Below are positions 24,232-38,521 of a stretch of DNA of 64,000 bases, piece after piece; position 1 is the first letter of the stretch; every line of letters starts with the position of its first letter. Position numbers and translations under genes: made by a program. The notes under the pieces were generated by a model. The model was not told the origin of the DNA and did not search any database. It worked only from the letters and a program-made list of their open reading frames with translations. The stretch comes from Octopus sinensis (lineage: Eukaryota), in assembly GCF_006345805.1 (NCBI RefSeq), contig NC_043003.1, forward strand, positions 85,002,001 through 85,066,000, read 5' to 3'.

Positions 24232-24649
24232 TAGAATGTTTTTCTGTTTCTACACATAAAGGAGTAGAGGCTTGATTGTAATGCCTCTTGAAGCTGATAA
24301 CGTTGAGCTAATTATATTTTTCCTTAGATAAGTGCTTGTTAGATGGTATACCTGATGTTTAGAGTATTCACTCTGAAGAGTGAATTCACTTTGATTATTA
24401 ATAAACAGATGCTGGGGATGTGTATATGTGCGTTTACGACTGTTTCCTGATGGAAATTATGCTGGTTAGGCAAGATTAGATCGCTTTAATATCGTATGTA
24501 TTGATGAGCTTTTTACGTTTCTACGGCGATATAAATATGGCATGTCCTTAAACAATGCAAATTCATATCTTCTATGAATGATGTTAATTTGTCTATCTAT
24601 TCAATTTTGCATATTATGACTGCAATTTGCACTGATTAATAATATTATT

Positions 24650-25055
24650 AATACTCTTTTACTCTTTTACTTGTTTCAGTCATTTGACTGCGGCCATGCT
24701 GGAGCACCGCCTTTAATCGAGCAACTCGACCCCGGGACTTATTCTTTGTAAGCCCAGTACTTATTCTATCGGTCTCTTTTGCCGAACCGCTAAGTAACGG
24801 GGACGTAAACACACCAGCATCGGTTGTCAAGCGATGGTGGGGGGGCAAACACAGACACACAAACATATACACACACATACATATATATATATACATATAT
24901 ACGACAGGCTTCTTTCAGTTTCCGTCTACCAAATCCACTCACAAGGCTTTGGTCGACCCGAGGCTATAGCAGAAGGCACTTGCCCAAGATGCCACGCAGT
25001 GGGACTGAACCCGGAACCATGTTGTTGGTAAACAAGCTACTTACCACACAGCCAT
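24650..25055 (-). mobile_element. tRNA-derived SINE with internal (CA/TA) microsatellite (same family as 60727-61150)
   Basis: The minus strand begins ggctgtgtggtaagtagcttg…ccgggttcagtccc (A and B boxes), carries gtggatttggtagacggaaactgaaagaagcc, and ends (gtaaaaga)n. Confidence 0.92.
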
Positions 25056-25804
25056 CCTGCGTAATTTTATTTTTATTTTCAAGAAATTACTATACGAATG
25101 AAAGGAGTCGATCTAAATATACACACATACAAATTATTATATCAATTAAATAGTAATAAACAATTCATAATTTTAGTAAACTGATAATACACTTATATTT
25201 CATAAGCCAGGATCTGCACTTCTTGTTATTTCTGGATGTGATATTTCCTTTGGCCTCTTAGTACTGACATATTAATATCCTAGTCCATTTTCATTCACTT
25301 TAACATATCCTCAATGAAGGACACTGATTTAAATGTTAAATTCAAGCTTATCGTCGACTGCTGACCAATTCATTCACCTTACTGCAAATTCCTTACTGTG
25401 TAAAATTTTTACAATGTCAGAAATAAGTGTCCTAGGTGTTGCGATAGTAGGTCCAATGACACTCCCCTGCATATTGTAATTGAATTTACTCTATATCCTT
25501 GTTTACAATACATACTTTTTTTCACTAAATCAGTATTAGAATTAGGGGTATTAGATTGCATAGATTTTCCTAAAGCAATTTCATTAAAGAAATAATAAAG
25601 CGTAATAATTTTTTGGACTATTTATTGATACTTACTAATACACACACACACACACACATTTATATTATATAAACTGAACTATTAAACATTAATATATTGG
25701 AATATAGTGTGTTATCTACCCCTATAAAATTTATGCGACACTGTGAGTAATATATGGTAACATATCAAGATACATTTCCTGATATTTTTCTCTAAGACTA
25801 TGTC

Positions 25805-25893
<89 letters not shown>

Positions 25894-25967
25894 AAGAAGA
25901 AGAAGAAGAAGAAGAAGAAGAAGAAGAAGAAGAAGAAGAAGAAGAAGAAGAAGAAGAAGAAGAAGAA
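25805..25967. repeat. Compound (TAA)n(GAA)n microsatellite
   Basis: Direct inspection. Confidence 0.97.
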
Positions 25968-25969
25968 GG

Positions 25970-26222
25970 GGGATATTCGACTACATCGACCTCTGTATTC
26001 AACTGGTACTTAATTTATCGACCCCGAAAGGATGAAAGTCAACCTCAACGGAATTTTGAGCTCAGAACGTGAGGACGGACGAAATACTGTGAAGTATTTC
26101 GCCCGGCATGTTAAGGATTGTGTTTCAATTAGTTAATTTTTATCTGGTGGGCCTTGTAACTTACACAACAAGCTGTTGTATCGTAAAACTAACCAAAACT
26201 ATATGTGCAACAAAATACACAC

Positions 26223-26282
<60 letters not shown>

Positions 26283-26510
26283 CATTATTATTATTATTAT
26301 TATTATTAATATTATTATTCAGAAGGTGAGCTAGCAAAATCCTTAGCATGCCGGGCGAAATACTTCACAGTATTTCGTCCGTCCTCATGTTCTGAGCTCA
26401 AATTCCACCGATGTTGACTTTCCATCTTTCGGGGTCGATAAATTAAGTACCAGTTGAATACAGAGGTCGATGCAGTCGACTATCACCCTTCCCCCAATTT
26501 CAGGCCTTTA
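25970..26510. mobile_element. Inverted pair of SINE copies (25970-26108 minus; 26324-26510 plus) flanking an (ATT)n tract
   Basis: 25970-26108 is the near-exact reverse complement of ~26345-26480. Confidence 0.9.
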
Positions 26511-26516
26511 TTGTTG

Positions 26517-26571
<55 letters not shown>

Positions 26572-27231
26572 CATTATTATTATTATTATTGAATTAGAGA
26601 GCAGTGCATGCCAACAAAGTAACAATGTGGTAGAATATACGAAGTCCAATATACCCATCATAAATCCCCGTCTGATAAGGGTACATGAGGCGCATGCATT
26701 ACAACCATATGTCGTGCAGGTGGGGCCCAGTTAGAATTTTTATAATTCTTAAAATTTCCTTTTAATCTATTATGGAGTAAATGATTTCATTGGCATTTAT
26801 AGTAAACGTAAATCAAATATATTAAATGTTTCATAGTTTGAAAGGTATTTTGAGAACAAAATCATAGAATAAGATAGTACATTTGCTGAAATCCACATTA
26901 CGACTATATGCTTATTGTTCTGAAGTTAAAACATTCATTTGACCTACTCACTCATAGACCACACTTTAAATTTTAGTGCATATGAATTATTTAAAAGCTA
27001 TAGATTTCTATCTATTCTGTAGACTATACTATAGGTTTACTAAATTTTAACACGATGTAGATGTCCGAAGTTAATATCTATTAGATTCAATGAGAGTAAT
27101 GTGCAACTTCCACTATTTCATATTGATATATTGCTTCAATCAATAATTCACTATCATGTCAAGAAATTATTCTCAAAATTCTACATAATATTTTCATCAA
27201 AGCAAGTTTCAACCACATGTATATATATATA

Positions 27232-27616
27232 GTGGAGGCGCAATGGCCCAGTGGTTAGGGCAGCGGACTCGCGGTCGTATGATCGCGGTTTCGATTCCCA
27301 GACCGGGCGTTGTGAGTGTTTATTGAGCGAAAACACCTAAAGCTCCACGAGGCTCCGGCAGGGGATGGTGGTGATCTCTGCTGTACTCTTTCACCACAAC
27401 TTTCTCTCACTCTTTCTTCTTGTTTCTGTTGTACCTGTAATTTCAAAGGGCCGGCCTTGTCACTCTCTGTGTCACGCTGAATATCCCCGAGAACTACGTT
27501 AAGGTACACGTATCTGTGGAGTGCTCAGCCACTTACACGTTAATTTCACGAGCAGGCTGTTCCGTTGGTCGGATCAACCGGAACCCTCATCGTCGTAACC
27601 GACGGAGTGCTTCCAC
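27232..27616 (+). mobile_element. tRNA-derived SINE (second family), full length
   Basis: Head ggcgcaatggcccagtggttagggcagcggactcgcggtcgtatgatcgcggtttcgattcc has an A box (TGGCCCAGTGG) and a B-box-like GGTTTCGATTCC. The body is GC-rich against the AT-rich background and is flanked by TA runs. Confidence 0.85.
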
Positions 27617-27785
27617 TATATAAATAAATAGCAATAGAAGTTTTTTGTAGCAGTTATATCTAATAACATCTGATATATTTTAGTATTATTATTCAAGATA
27701 TTAATGAATCCATTAACGAAATTATGAACAACACGACTGTAAGATATAAAGGATAATAGTACATGCATTTATAAGCATTACTTAC

Positions 27786-27821
27786 ATTTTGGGTTTTCAA
27801 AGCTTGCAGCAGCACTAGTCC
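27786..27821 (-). CDS. Micro-exon (36 nt) of mucin-like micro-exon gene: (G)TSAAASFENPK
   Basis: catgtatctgcattttccag|ggactagtgctgctgcaagctttgaaaacccaaaat|gtaagt; phase 1/1; acceptor context resembles the array micro-exons. Confidence 0.65.
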
Positions 27822-28704
27822 CTGGAAAATGCAGATACATGTTATGTTCAAACTATGAAACGCTATTTAATAAGACATATTACAAATATATATTTCTGTT
27901 TTGTCTCATAATGTTTCAGATTATATATCATACGGTAAAATAATTAATTATAATATGTGGCAAATATACTCAAATAAGAGCCATGAACAAAAACCCCGTA
28001 AATGTCCAGTCAATATTTCTAAAATGCAATATGTTACCATGAGGCCATGTACAATACGGATGATATTTAGTTTATCATATATCTAGGCGAAACACATAGA
28101 GTTAAAACAGACATGAAAATTGAGAAAGTATTGCTCGTTTCATAATTTTTCGACCTTAAACTATACGAAAGAAATGACACACTGGTTCACCGTAAACGTA
28201 ACTACCGTGTCAACTCATGCCATTATCATATGATGAATAATTCCTCAAAATATATGACAATCATATTCAAGGAGGAGACAGCATGAGAACGATAGAAATT
28301 TCTGATATCTCGCAATCGATCTGCATAACATATGATGAATATTAAGACGTCCATTCGATACACAAAATATATTTAACTTGTAGTATAAATTCAATTCATC
28401 GATAGAAAGCATGTAACTTAACACAGCTGAAGACTGTGCGTATAATGTTCCTATCATAATGTTTTGTATGACTGGATTGTAAGAATGACACTTCACACTG
28501 TTCATTCATAAACACATTTCACCAAGTCCAGACATCAGCAAAAACTGTCACTAACGGCTGATGCATCCATCTTCATAAGTGATTTTGGAGGTATACCTAA
28601 CTAATTCTCTTAAATTGTATTTTTGTAGTTTCAACGGAAACGTTTCGAGAAAAGCAACCAAAACTATTCTTCTAAATATGATTGTAAAATCCGTTTGATA
28701 ATTC

Positions 28705-28905
28705 TTCCTACTATATACACAAGCTCTGAAATTTCGGGGTTAGGGGCTAATCGATTACATCGGCCCCAGTGCGTAACTGGTACTTATTTCATCGATCCCG
28801 AAATGGATGAAATGTAATGTCGACCTTGGCGGTATTAGAGCTCAGGACGTAAGAAACACCGCTAAATATTTTCCCTGGCGTTCTAACGATTCTGCCAGCC
28901 GCCGC
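28705..28905 (-). mobile_element. SINE (family of 18339-18567), diverged
   Basis: cacaagctctgaaatt…cagtgcgtaactggtacttatttcatcgatcccgaaatggatgaaa…ctaacgattctgccagc. Confidence 0.85.
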
Positions 28906-30190
28906 TTAAAATTCGCTTAATAATAATATTTATGTCTATATAAAAACATCATTACCATAATCTGCTTTATAATAAATAGTATAATTGATATTAGATGTTT
29001 TATAGTTTGAAATAGATTTTTTCACAATCAAGTAAATATATACTACATTTTTAGACATCTATATTAATATTAAAGACCTTATGTTCAGCTGTTAAAAAAT
29101 TCATTCCACCAACTAAATCCTTTCTAATATAGTTACAAGGCCTGAAATCACTTACTTTATAGAGTTCAAATGATAAGATATATAGATCAGAGATTTTGTG
29201 GTTTAAAGTAGTAGAAAGGTCTGGAGCCCCACAAAATCCCTGATCTGTAGAACTTATCCATTCAATAGGTCCCCATGTACGGAAAATAGTTGTATAGAAT
29301 ATTGGATGAGACCACAGGTTAACTGCAAGTTTAGGAATATAGTATATGGCTTACGATATACTGAAGGACGGTGCAGAAACAAGACAACTACTTACATTGA
29401 AGAGACAGCATGTAGTACAGATGAGCGGGAGCTCAAAGAAGAGAAAAGCTCATCAGTGCTCTATCAAAATGCTCAAGCAGACCATAGAGGTTCGGTTAAT
29501 AACATAGAGGTTAAGGTCTATTATCATTATTGGCTTTCTATTCCATTCGTTATACTATCTACTTCCAAAACTGAGACAGTATATCCATGTCAATAATAAA
29601 TATTTATTTGAGGCAATGTTTGTGATGCATGTCATTTTCTATACCTCGAAGTATTCTCAAAGTTCAATCACTGGTTTACGATAATTATACATCAATGTTC
29701 TGACCAATGCAACATGTAACATTCTTTAAAGTAACTTTCAGACATGTATCAATATATAGCAATATACATCAAAACATATTGGTTGACAGCATTTCATATT
29801 TACATTTTTAAACATAAATAGTTTCGTATTTTTATAATAGTTCGTATTGAAACTATGAATTGCTTCAAATATGGGCACAGACACAGCAATTTTGTGGGAT
29901 ACCTGTTCAATCATTTACATGTAACCAAATAGTTGAGTACGACTTTATTTTACCGCCTGCGACAGGAGGTAATGCAATGATAATCTCAGCAGCATTTCAA
30001 CGCATACCGAAGGGAACCAAATGACGAGGAATCTTATACCTCTTAGGAATCTTATACGAGGAATCTTATACCTCTTAGGAATCTTATACATTTTAAAGAT
30101 TCTGCCTCAGGAAATTATGAATAAAAACACGAATATAATAATTACAAAATTGTTTGAGTATTAACGTAATTATATATAAGCATCCGTTAC

Positions 30191-30220
30191 CTTTTTCAGT
30201 TGTAGTAGGATTGGTTGGGC
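30191..30220 (-). CDS. Micro-exon (30 nt): (G)PTNPTTTEK
   Basis: tatgtattttatatatttctag|gcccaaccaatcctactacaactgaaaaag|gtaacg; phase 1/1; same position in its diverged unit as the core exons. Confidence 0.72.
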
Positions 30221-32193
30221 CTAGAAATATATAAAATACATATTATTATACAACGAAAATCTGATTACAAGGTCATTTTCCATAACAATACTCAAAATAT
30301 ATAACAGACTGGAATTGTAGGCCCGTCTCTTGCAATTTCGATCAATTGGATCTTGTATAGAAGTGTACGGCTGCAGCGAAATTCATCTTTGGCCTTTCTT
30401 CTATCGAAGGCATTTTAACAAAAATGCTTCCGTAAAGACGGTGAAAATATTGTCAATTTCCCCAAACAGGGACACAATTCAATTTTAAAACAATAACCAA
30501 AGCCCCTTCTCCGAAAGGGGGAGGGTTACGATTTACAATTATTTAACAAATGCAACACAACAACGTTTCCCTGACGAGGAACCAACAAACGTGATTACAA
30601 TAGTCAAACAGTAATAATAATAACAAAAAACCTTTTTTAATGTATCCCCATTTATGTGAAACCACTTATTCAAGTTCAAGTCATTGATGCAATTTCATAC
30701 GAATTGCTAATACACACCCACATAATAAGGTTGAAAAATTGAATATTAATTTGATTAATATGAATTGAAAACCAGTGGTGTAGCATATAAGACCACAGCG
30801 GATCTTCTTCTAGCAAAAAGGATGACCAGTATTAATTGCTCATCCCTTTTATATAAATACTTTCACGTTAATTGTTGCACACTTGCAAAGAGAAATGAGG
30901 AGAAAGTGTAGTGGTAATGGTAGGAGTGAAGCACTTGAAATGAAAGAGGGAAATCGTAAAATATTTACTTTTCTCGAATTGTTGCTTAATTGGGGGTGAA
31001 AATGAAAAAACTTTACATGCCACGACCCGATGGAATCTACTTGTAAAAATGATAGGTAAATTCCAATTGAAGAAATTCTATATTGTAGAATTGTATAAAA
31101 AACGAACGGTTTGGGAGGCAGAGAAAATCTGCCTTTTATCATAAGAGATTATAGTAAGAGTTCCTGATTCAATATATCATTCACAAACTGGATCAGATTT
31201 CTTCAAAATCTTTCCGGAGCATTCTATATTTCACGTCGTTCATATGAACGTAAATACTTTATCATAAAAATTTCAATCCATCGTCAACATGAAAATTTCT
31301 CCATCTTACACAATTTCATTTAAAGTTTTGATTAATTATCATAAATCTATTATCATTATTGGCTTACAACAAATTATTTTATAATATTTACAAAATTTCA
31401 GAATATAAATATTTTCGTATTTTAATAATAGTTCGTAATGGACTTATGAAGTGCTTCAAATATGAGCAGAGGTCGTGCAATTTTGTCGGAGACAAATTTT
31501 AATGGATTACATTACATATGCTTTTATCAGATATTTCTAGATATTCGTTACCATTTTCTGTGCTGTTTATCATACAAAAGTTATTAATAATCCCACATTA
31601 GAGCACCCAGATATAAAGAATGGTTTGATTCATAGCGATCATGTTCTCACTGAATGATACATTACTTCAACTGTTTCATATTCCTCCAAGACGAGCAAAT
31701 CTATAACTATTTCTTTTAGATTATGAAACTATATACTAAAACTATGTTTGCTAACTGTAATTTATAAACACTTAAGTTTCAATACTCTTTCAAAATGTGC
31801 GACGATATGCACAATCTACACGCATATGCGTGCAACTTTCTAATTACTTAAAATTCCTAATTTCTAACATTGTGATATTCATTAATATCACATCTCTTGA
31901 AAATGATATCATTGAGGATTACGGTAAGAGCTCTTGTCAAAATACATCTTTCAAAAACTCGATCAGATTACATCACTCACAATGTTCCTGGAAATTTTTA
32001 TATTTCATGTAATTCATATAATCACAGCATTTCAACGCATACCGAAGGGAACCAAATGACGAGCTGCTTAGGAATCTTATGCCTATTAAACATTCTGTCA
32101 TGTTTTTACCTCAGGAAATTATGAATAAAAAGATGAATATTTCAATTTAAAATTATTTGAGTGTTAACGTAATTATATATAAGAATCCCTTAC

Positions 32194-32223
32194 CTGTTAC
32201 ACTTGCTGAAGGATTGATTGTAG
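32194..32223 (-). pseudogene. Micro-exon (30 nt, (A)TINPSASVT) with mutated acceptor (TAC instead of TAG); in-frame cryptic acceptor would give a 12-nt exon at 32194-32205
   Basis: tatgtattttatatatttgtac|ctacaatcaatccttcag^caagtgtaacag|gtaagg. The donor is intact; the canonical AG is lost; a ccttcag lies 18 nt downstream. Confidence 0.55.
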
Positions 32224-35200
32224 GTACAAATATATAAAATACATATTATTATACAAAGAATATCTGATGACAATATCATTTTCCATAATAGATATTATGG
32301 ATACACAACATATCTGTTTTATGTTTCCTCTAATAATAACTTCAATGGCATGCACACCGAATATATTATTAGCATTTAATATACAATAAATATTGCTATT
32401 TTTGTTAATTATATATTTCGGATTATATGAAAGACACGACATCCAGTTTTAGCGTGAATTTATCAAAGTTATTTACCTTACTACAAGGTAGATCGGTATA
32501 AGGATATACCAGTACCACTAACTGACGGTTTACGCTATGCAGGATACTCATTGCATGACTTTATCAGATATATATCGGGATTCATTGCCATCTTCTTTGC
32601 TATTCATCATACAAAAGATGTCTTAATAAACGAAGATTATAGCACTGAGATGTAAAGCATGCTATTGGGATGCACAGTTTTGATGTTGTCACAGAAGGTT
32701 ATGATTTGTTCAACTATTTCATATTCTCCAAACTGATGTATAACTAACTATATCCTTTAAATTATAAAGCAATATAGTAAAACTAGGTTTTCTAAATGTA
32801 ATTTTAAAAACACGTAAGTTTCAATACTATTTTTAAATTCGTAACAATATCTAAACTTACATGCGTGTAATTTTCTAACTGCTTAAAATTCATGCGTTGA
32901 AACATTACAATTTTCATTATAATCTCCTCTCTTGAAAAATATTTTATTGGTGATTACGGTAAGAGTTTTGATTCAATATCGTTCATAAACGGGATTAGAT
33001 TACATTACAATTTTCATTATAATCTCCTCTCTTGAAAAATATTTTATTGGTGATTACGGTAAGAGTTTTGATTCAATATATCGTTCATAAACGGGATCAG
33101 ATTTCTTCAAAGACTTTCCGGAACATTCTATATTTTACGCTATTCATATGAACGTAAATACTTTATCATCAAAATTTCAATCAATCGTTCACCTGAAACT
33201 TTTTCTTTCTTACACAATTTCATTTCAAGTTTTGATAAATTATCATAAATCTATTTTCATTATTGGCTTTCTATTCCATTCATTATAATAACCACTTCCG
33301 AAACTGAGACATCATATCCAGGTCAGTAATAAATATTTCTTAGAGACAATGTCGAAATACATAATCTTCTGTTCCACTTAGATTTTCCAAAGTTAAAACA
33401 CTGATTTACAATAACTTATACTACAGTGTTTAACCAAAGCAAAGAGTAACAGTCTTTAAAGTATGTTACAAATATGTATCAATATATAGCGAACTACAAC
33501 AATACATTTTATAATATTTACAAAATATCAGAACATAAATATTTTCGTATTTTAATAATAGTTCGTAATGGACACATGAAGTGTTTCAAATATGAGCAGA
33601 GGTCGAGCTATTTTGTCGGAGACAAATTAAATCGATTACATTACATATGTTTTTATCAGATATTTCTAGATATTCATTTCCATTTTCTGTGCTATTTATC
33701 ATACAAAAGTTATTAATAATCCAACATTAGAGCACCCAGATATAAAGAATGGTTTGATTCATAGCGATCATGTTGTCACTGAATGATACATTATTTCAAC
33801 TGTTTCATATTCCTCCAAGCCAAGCATAACTATATCTATTTCTTTTACATTATGAAACTATATACTAAAACTATGTTTGCTAACTGTAATTTATAAACAC
33901 TTAAGTTTCAATACTCTTTCAAAATGTGCGACGATATCTACAATCTACACGTATATGCGTGCAACTTTCTAATTACTTAAAATTCATAATTTCTAACATT
34001 GTGATATTCATTAATATCACATCTCTTGAAAATGATATCATTGAGGATTATGGTAAGAGCTCTTGTCAAAATACATCTTTCAAAAACTCGATCAGATTAC
34101 ATCACTCACAATGTTCCTGGAAATTTTTATATACAGAATTACAATGTAATGCTTTTATCAGATATTTCTAGATATTCATTTCCATATTGTCTGCTATTTA
34201 TCATACAAAAGTTATTAATAATCCAACATTAGAGCACCCAGAGATAAAGAATGGTCTGATTCATAGCGTGCACGTTGTCACTGATTGATACAATACTTCA
34301 ACTGTTTCATTTTCGTTCAAGCGAAGTATAACTATAACTATTTCTTTTACATTATGAAACTATATACTAAATCTATGTTTGCTAACTGTTATTTATAAAC
34401 ACTTAAATTTTAATACAATTTCAAAATGTGCGAAGATATGCACATCTACACGCATGTGCGTGCAACTTTCTAATTACTTAATATTCATACTTTCTAACAT
34501 TGTAATTTTCATTAATTTCACATCACCTAAAAATGATATCATTGATGATTACGGTAAGAGCTATCTATAAAATATATCTTTCACAAACTCGATCAGATTT
34601 CATCAATCAAAATGTTTCTGGAAATTTCTATATTTCATGTCATTCATATAACCCTAAATACTGCATCATTTTCTGAATCCTTTTTACATCCTACACATTT
34701 CAGTTCCTGCTCGGATTAATTGACTAAACTCTATTATTATTTCTGTCATTATCTTCCGTTTATTATGCTAACCACATTCGAAACTACGACATCATTTCCA
34801 TGTCAGCAGCAAATATTTAATAGAGGTAATATTTGTAATGCATGTCATCTTTTGTTCCATAATGTTTTACCAAAGTTCAAGCATTCTTACACAATAATTT
34901 ATACTTCAGTGTTTGACCAATGCAACAGGTAAAGTAAATTACAGATATGTATCAATATACAGCAACATACATCAATACTTATTGTTTCACTTAATTTTAT
35001 GATAGTTACAACGTTTCAAATCATAAGTATATTCGTATCTTTATAATAGTTCGTAACGAAAATATGAAATGCTTCAAATATGGGCAGAGGTCGTGCAATT
35101 TTGTGGGAGATCAATTCAATCTTTTACGTTAGGCCAAATTGTTGAGCATGACCATAGTATTCTGCCTGGCACAAGAGCTAATTCATTGATAAACTTGCCG

Positions 35201-35369
35201 GCATTTCAACGCATACCGAAAAGAGACAGATGATGCTCAACTCAGCATTTTGGTGACACGTTAAATATTCTGTCACTTGCTTACCTCAAGAATCTATCAT
35301 TAAGGCGATGAATAATTTAATTGTAAAATTCATTGAAAATTAATTTATTTATATATGAGAATCACTTAC

Positions 35370-35390
35370 CTGTAGTGTTGGTGCCAGGGA
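35370..35390 (-). CDS. Micro-exon (21 nt): (V)PGTNTT
   Basis: tatgtattttaaatatttccag|tccctggcaccaacactacag|gtaagt; phase 1/1; NTT sequon. Confidence 0.8.
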
Positions 35391-37125
35391 CTGGAAATAT
35401 TTAAAATACATATTATTATACAAACAAATCTAATTGCAAATTCATATTCCGTAATAAATATTTGGGATATACTATATATCTCTTTATGATTACTCTAATA
35501 ATTTCTGCAATCGCTTGCTATAGTTTATTTACAAACAACTTTACATAATATAATTGACATGGACGACTATGTATTAAGATGAAAAGATTAGTGCTTTCCA
35601 ATGAAAATCGTTTAATGCATTAGCACTACCAAAAGCAATTGAAATGCAATGAAATAACTATGATAAGTCTATTTACCTCACCTTAAATATCGAAGAAAGG
35701 AACACGGCATATAATATACGCATTTCATATCAAATACATATTATTCGTTTTGTTAATTACATATTTCGAATAATGAGAAAAACACGACTTCCACATTTTG
35801 CAGATTGTTATCTCAGTTATTTACTTCAAGACCATGGTGGATCGACATTGCAATATACAGTAACAGTACCATGCAGTTTAATTTATACAGAATTACAATG
35901 TAATGCTTTTATCAGATATTTCTAGATATTCATTTCCATATTGTCTGCTATTTATCATAAAAAAGTTATTAATAATCCAACATTAGAGCACCCAGAGATA
36001 AAGAATGGTCTGATTCATAGCGTGCACGTTGTCACTGATTGATACAATACTTCAACTGTTTCATTTTCGTTCAAGCGAAGTATAACTATAACTATTTCTT
36101 TTACATTATGAAACTATATACTAAATCTATGTTTGCTAACTGTAATTTATAAACACTTAAATTTTAATACAATTTCAAAATGTGCGAAGATATGCACAAT
36201 CTACACGCATGTGCGTGCAACTTTCTAATTACTTAATATTCATACTTTCTAACATTGTAATTTTCATTAATTTCACATCACCTAAAAATGATATCATTGA
36301 TGATTACGGTAAGAGCTATCTATAAAATATATCTTTCACAAACTCGATCAGATTTCATCACTCAAAATGTTTCTGGAAATTTCTATATTTCATGTCATTC
36401 ATATAACCCTAAATACTGCATCATTTTCTGAATCCTTTTTACATCCTACACATTTTCAGTTCCTGCTCGGATTAATTGACTAAACTCTATTATTATTTCT
36501 GTCATTATCTTCCGTTTATTATGCTAACCACATTCGAAACTACGACATCATTTCCATGTCAGCAGCAAATATTTAATAGAGGTAATATTTGTAATGCATG
36601 TCATCTTTTGTTCCATAATGTTTTACCAAAGTTCAAGCATTCTTACACAATAATTTATACTTCAGTGTTTGACCAATGCAACAGGTAAAGTAAATTACAG
36701 ATATGTATCAATATACAGCAACATACATCAATACTTATTGTTTCACTTAATTTTATGATAGTTACAACGTTTCAAATCATAAGTATATTCGTATCTTTAT
36801 AATAGTTCGTAACGAAAATATGAAATGCTTCAAATATGGGCAGAGGTCGTGCAATTTTGTGGGAGATCAATTCAATCTTTTACGTTAGGCCAAATTGTTG
36901 AGCATGACCATAGTGTTCTGCCTGGCACAAGAGCTAATTCATTGATAAACTTGCCGGCATTTCAACGCATACCGAAAAGAGACAGATGATGCTCCACTCA
37001 GCTTTTTGGTGACACGTTAAATATTCTGTCAGTTGCTTACCTCAAGAATCTATCAATAAGGCGATGAATAATTTAATTGTAAAATTCATTGAAAATTAAT
37101 TTATTTATATATGAGAATCACTTAC

Positions 37126-37146
37126 CTGTAGTGTTGGTGCCAGGGA
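37126..37146 (-). CDS. Micro-exon (21 nt): (V)PGTNTT
   Basis: Identical to the 35370 exon; atttccag|...|gtaagt. Confidence 0.8.
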
Positions 37147-38521
37147 CTGGAAATATTTAAAATACATATTATTATACAAACAAATCTAATTGCAAATTCA
37201 TATTCCGTAATAAATATTTGGAATATACTATATATCTCTTTATGATTACTCTAATAATTTCTGCAATCGCTTGCTATAGTTTATTTACAAACAACTTTAC
37301 ATAATATAATTGACATGGACGACTATGTATTAAGATGAAAAGATATGTGCGTTTAATGCATTATCACTACCAACACCAATTGAAATGCACTGACATAACT
37401 ATGTTCTGATTCATAGCGTGCACGTTGTCACTGATTGATACAATACTTCAACTGTTTCATTTTCGTTCAAGCGAAGTATAACTATAACTATTTCTTTTAC
37501 ATTATGAAACTATATACTAAATCTATGTTTGCTAACTGTAATTTATAAACACTTAAATTTTAATACAATTTCAAAATGTGCGAAGATATGCACAATCTAC
37601 ACGCATGTGCGTGCAACTTTCTAATTACTTAATATTCATACTTTCTAACATTGTAATTTTCATTAATTTCACATCACCTAAAAATGATATCATTGATGAT
37701 TACGGTAAGAGCTATCTATAAAATATATCTTTCACAAACTCGATCAGATTTCATCACTCAAAATGTTTCTGGAAATTTCTATATTTCATGTCATTCATAT
37801 AACCCTAAATACTGCATCATTTTCTGAATCCTTTTTACATCCTACACATTTTCAGTTCCTGCTCGGATTAATTGACTAAACTCTATTATTATTTCTGTCA
37901 TTATCTTCCGTTTATTATGCTAACCACATTCGAAACTACGACATCATTTCCATGTCAGCAGCAAATATTTAATAGAGGTAATATTTGTAATGCATGTCAT
38001 CTTTTGTTCCATAATGTTTTACCAAAGTTCAAACATTCTTACACAATAATTTATACTTCAGTGTTTGACCAATGCAACAGGTAAAGTAAATTACAGATAT
38101 GTATCAATATACAGCAACATACATCAATACTTATTGTTTCACATAATTTTATGATATTTACAACGTTTCAAAACATAAATATATTCGTATCTTTATAATA
38201 GTTCGTAACGAAAATATGAAATGCTTCAAATATGGGCAGAGCTCGTGCAATTTTGTGGGAGATCAATTCAATCTTTTACGTTAGGCCAAATTGTTGAGCG
38301 TGACTATATTTTTCCGCCTGGCACGTGAGCTAATGCATTGATAAACTTGCCGGCATTTCAACGCATACCGAAAAGAGACAGATGATGCTCCACTCAGCTT
38401 TTTGGTGACACGTTAAATATTCTGTCAGTTGCTTACCTCAAGAATCTATCAATAAAGCGATGAATATTTTAATTGTAAAATTCATTGAAAATTAACTTAT
38501 TTATATATGAGAATCACTTAC

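Noticed and set aside
29184-29246. 18-bp inverted repeat with a 27-nt spacer
   Set aside because: Short and next to SINE remnants; no TSD or other support for a distinct element.
28956-29360. Two possible 6-nt minus-strand micro-exons (28956-28961 and 29355-29360)
   Set aside because: AG-N6-GT arises readily by chance in AT-rich DNA. They are not at unit-homologous positions and do not encode mucin-like residues.
37041-37049. Second candidate micro-exon per unit (tag|attcttgag|gtaagc, 9 nt, minus strand)
   Set aside because: It encodes an in-frame stop (TGA) in phase 1, and the acceptor and donor are not conserved in diverged units (30.1, 32.1, 50.7, 51.9, 53.8 kb).
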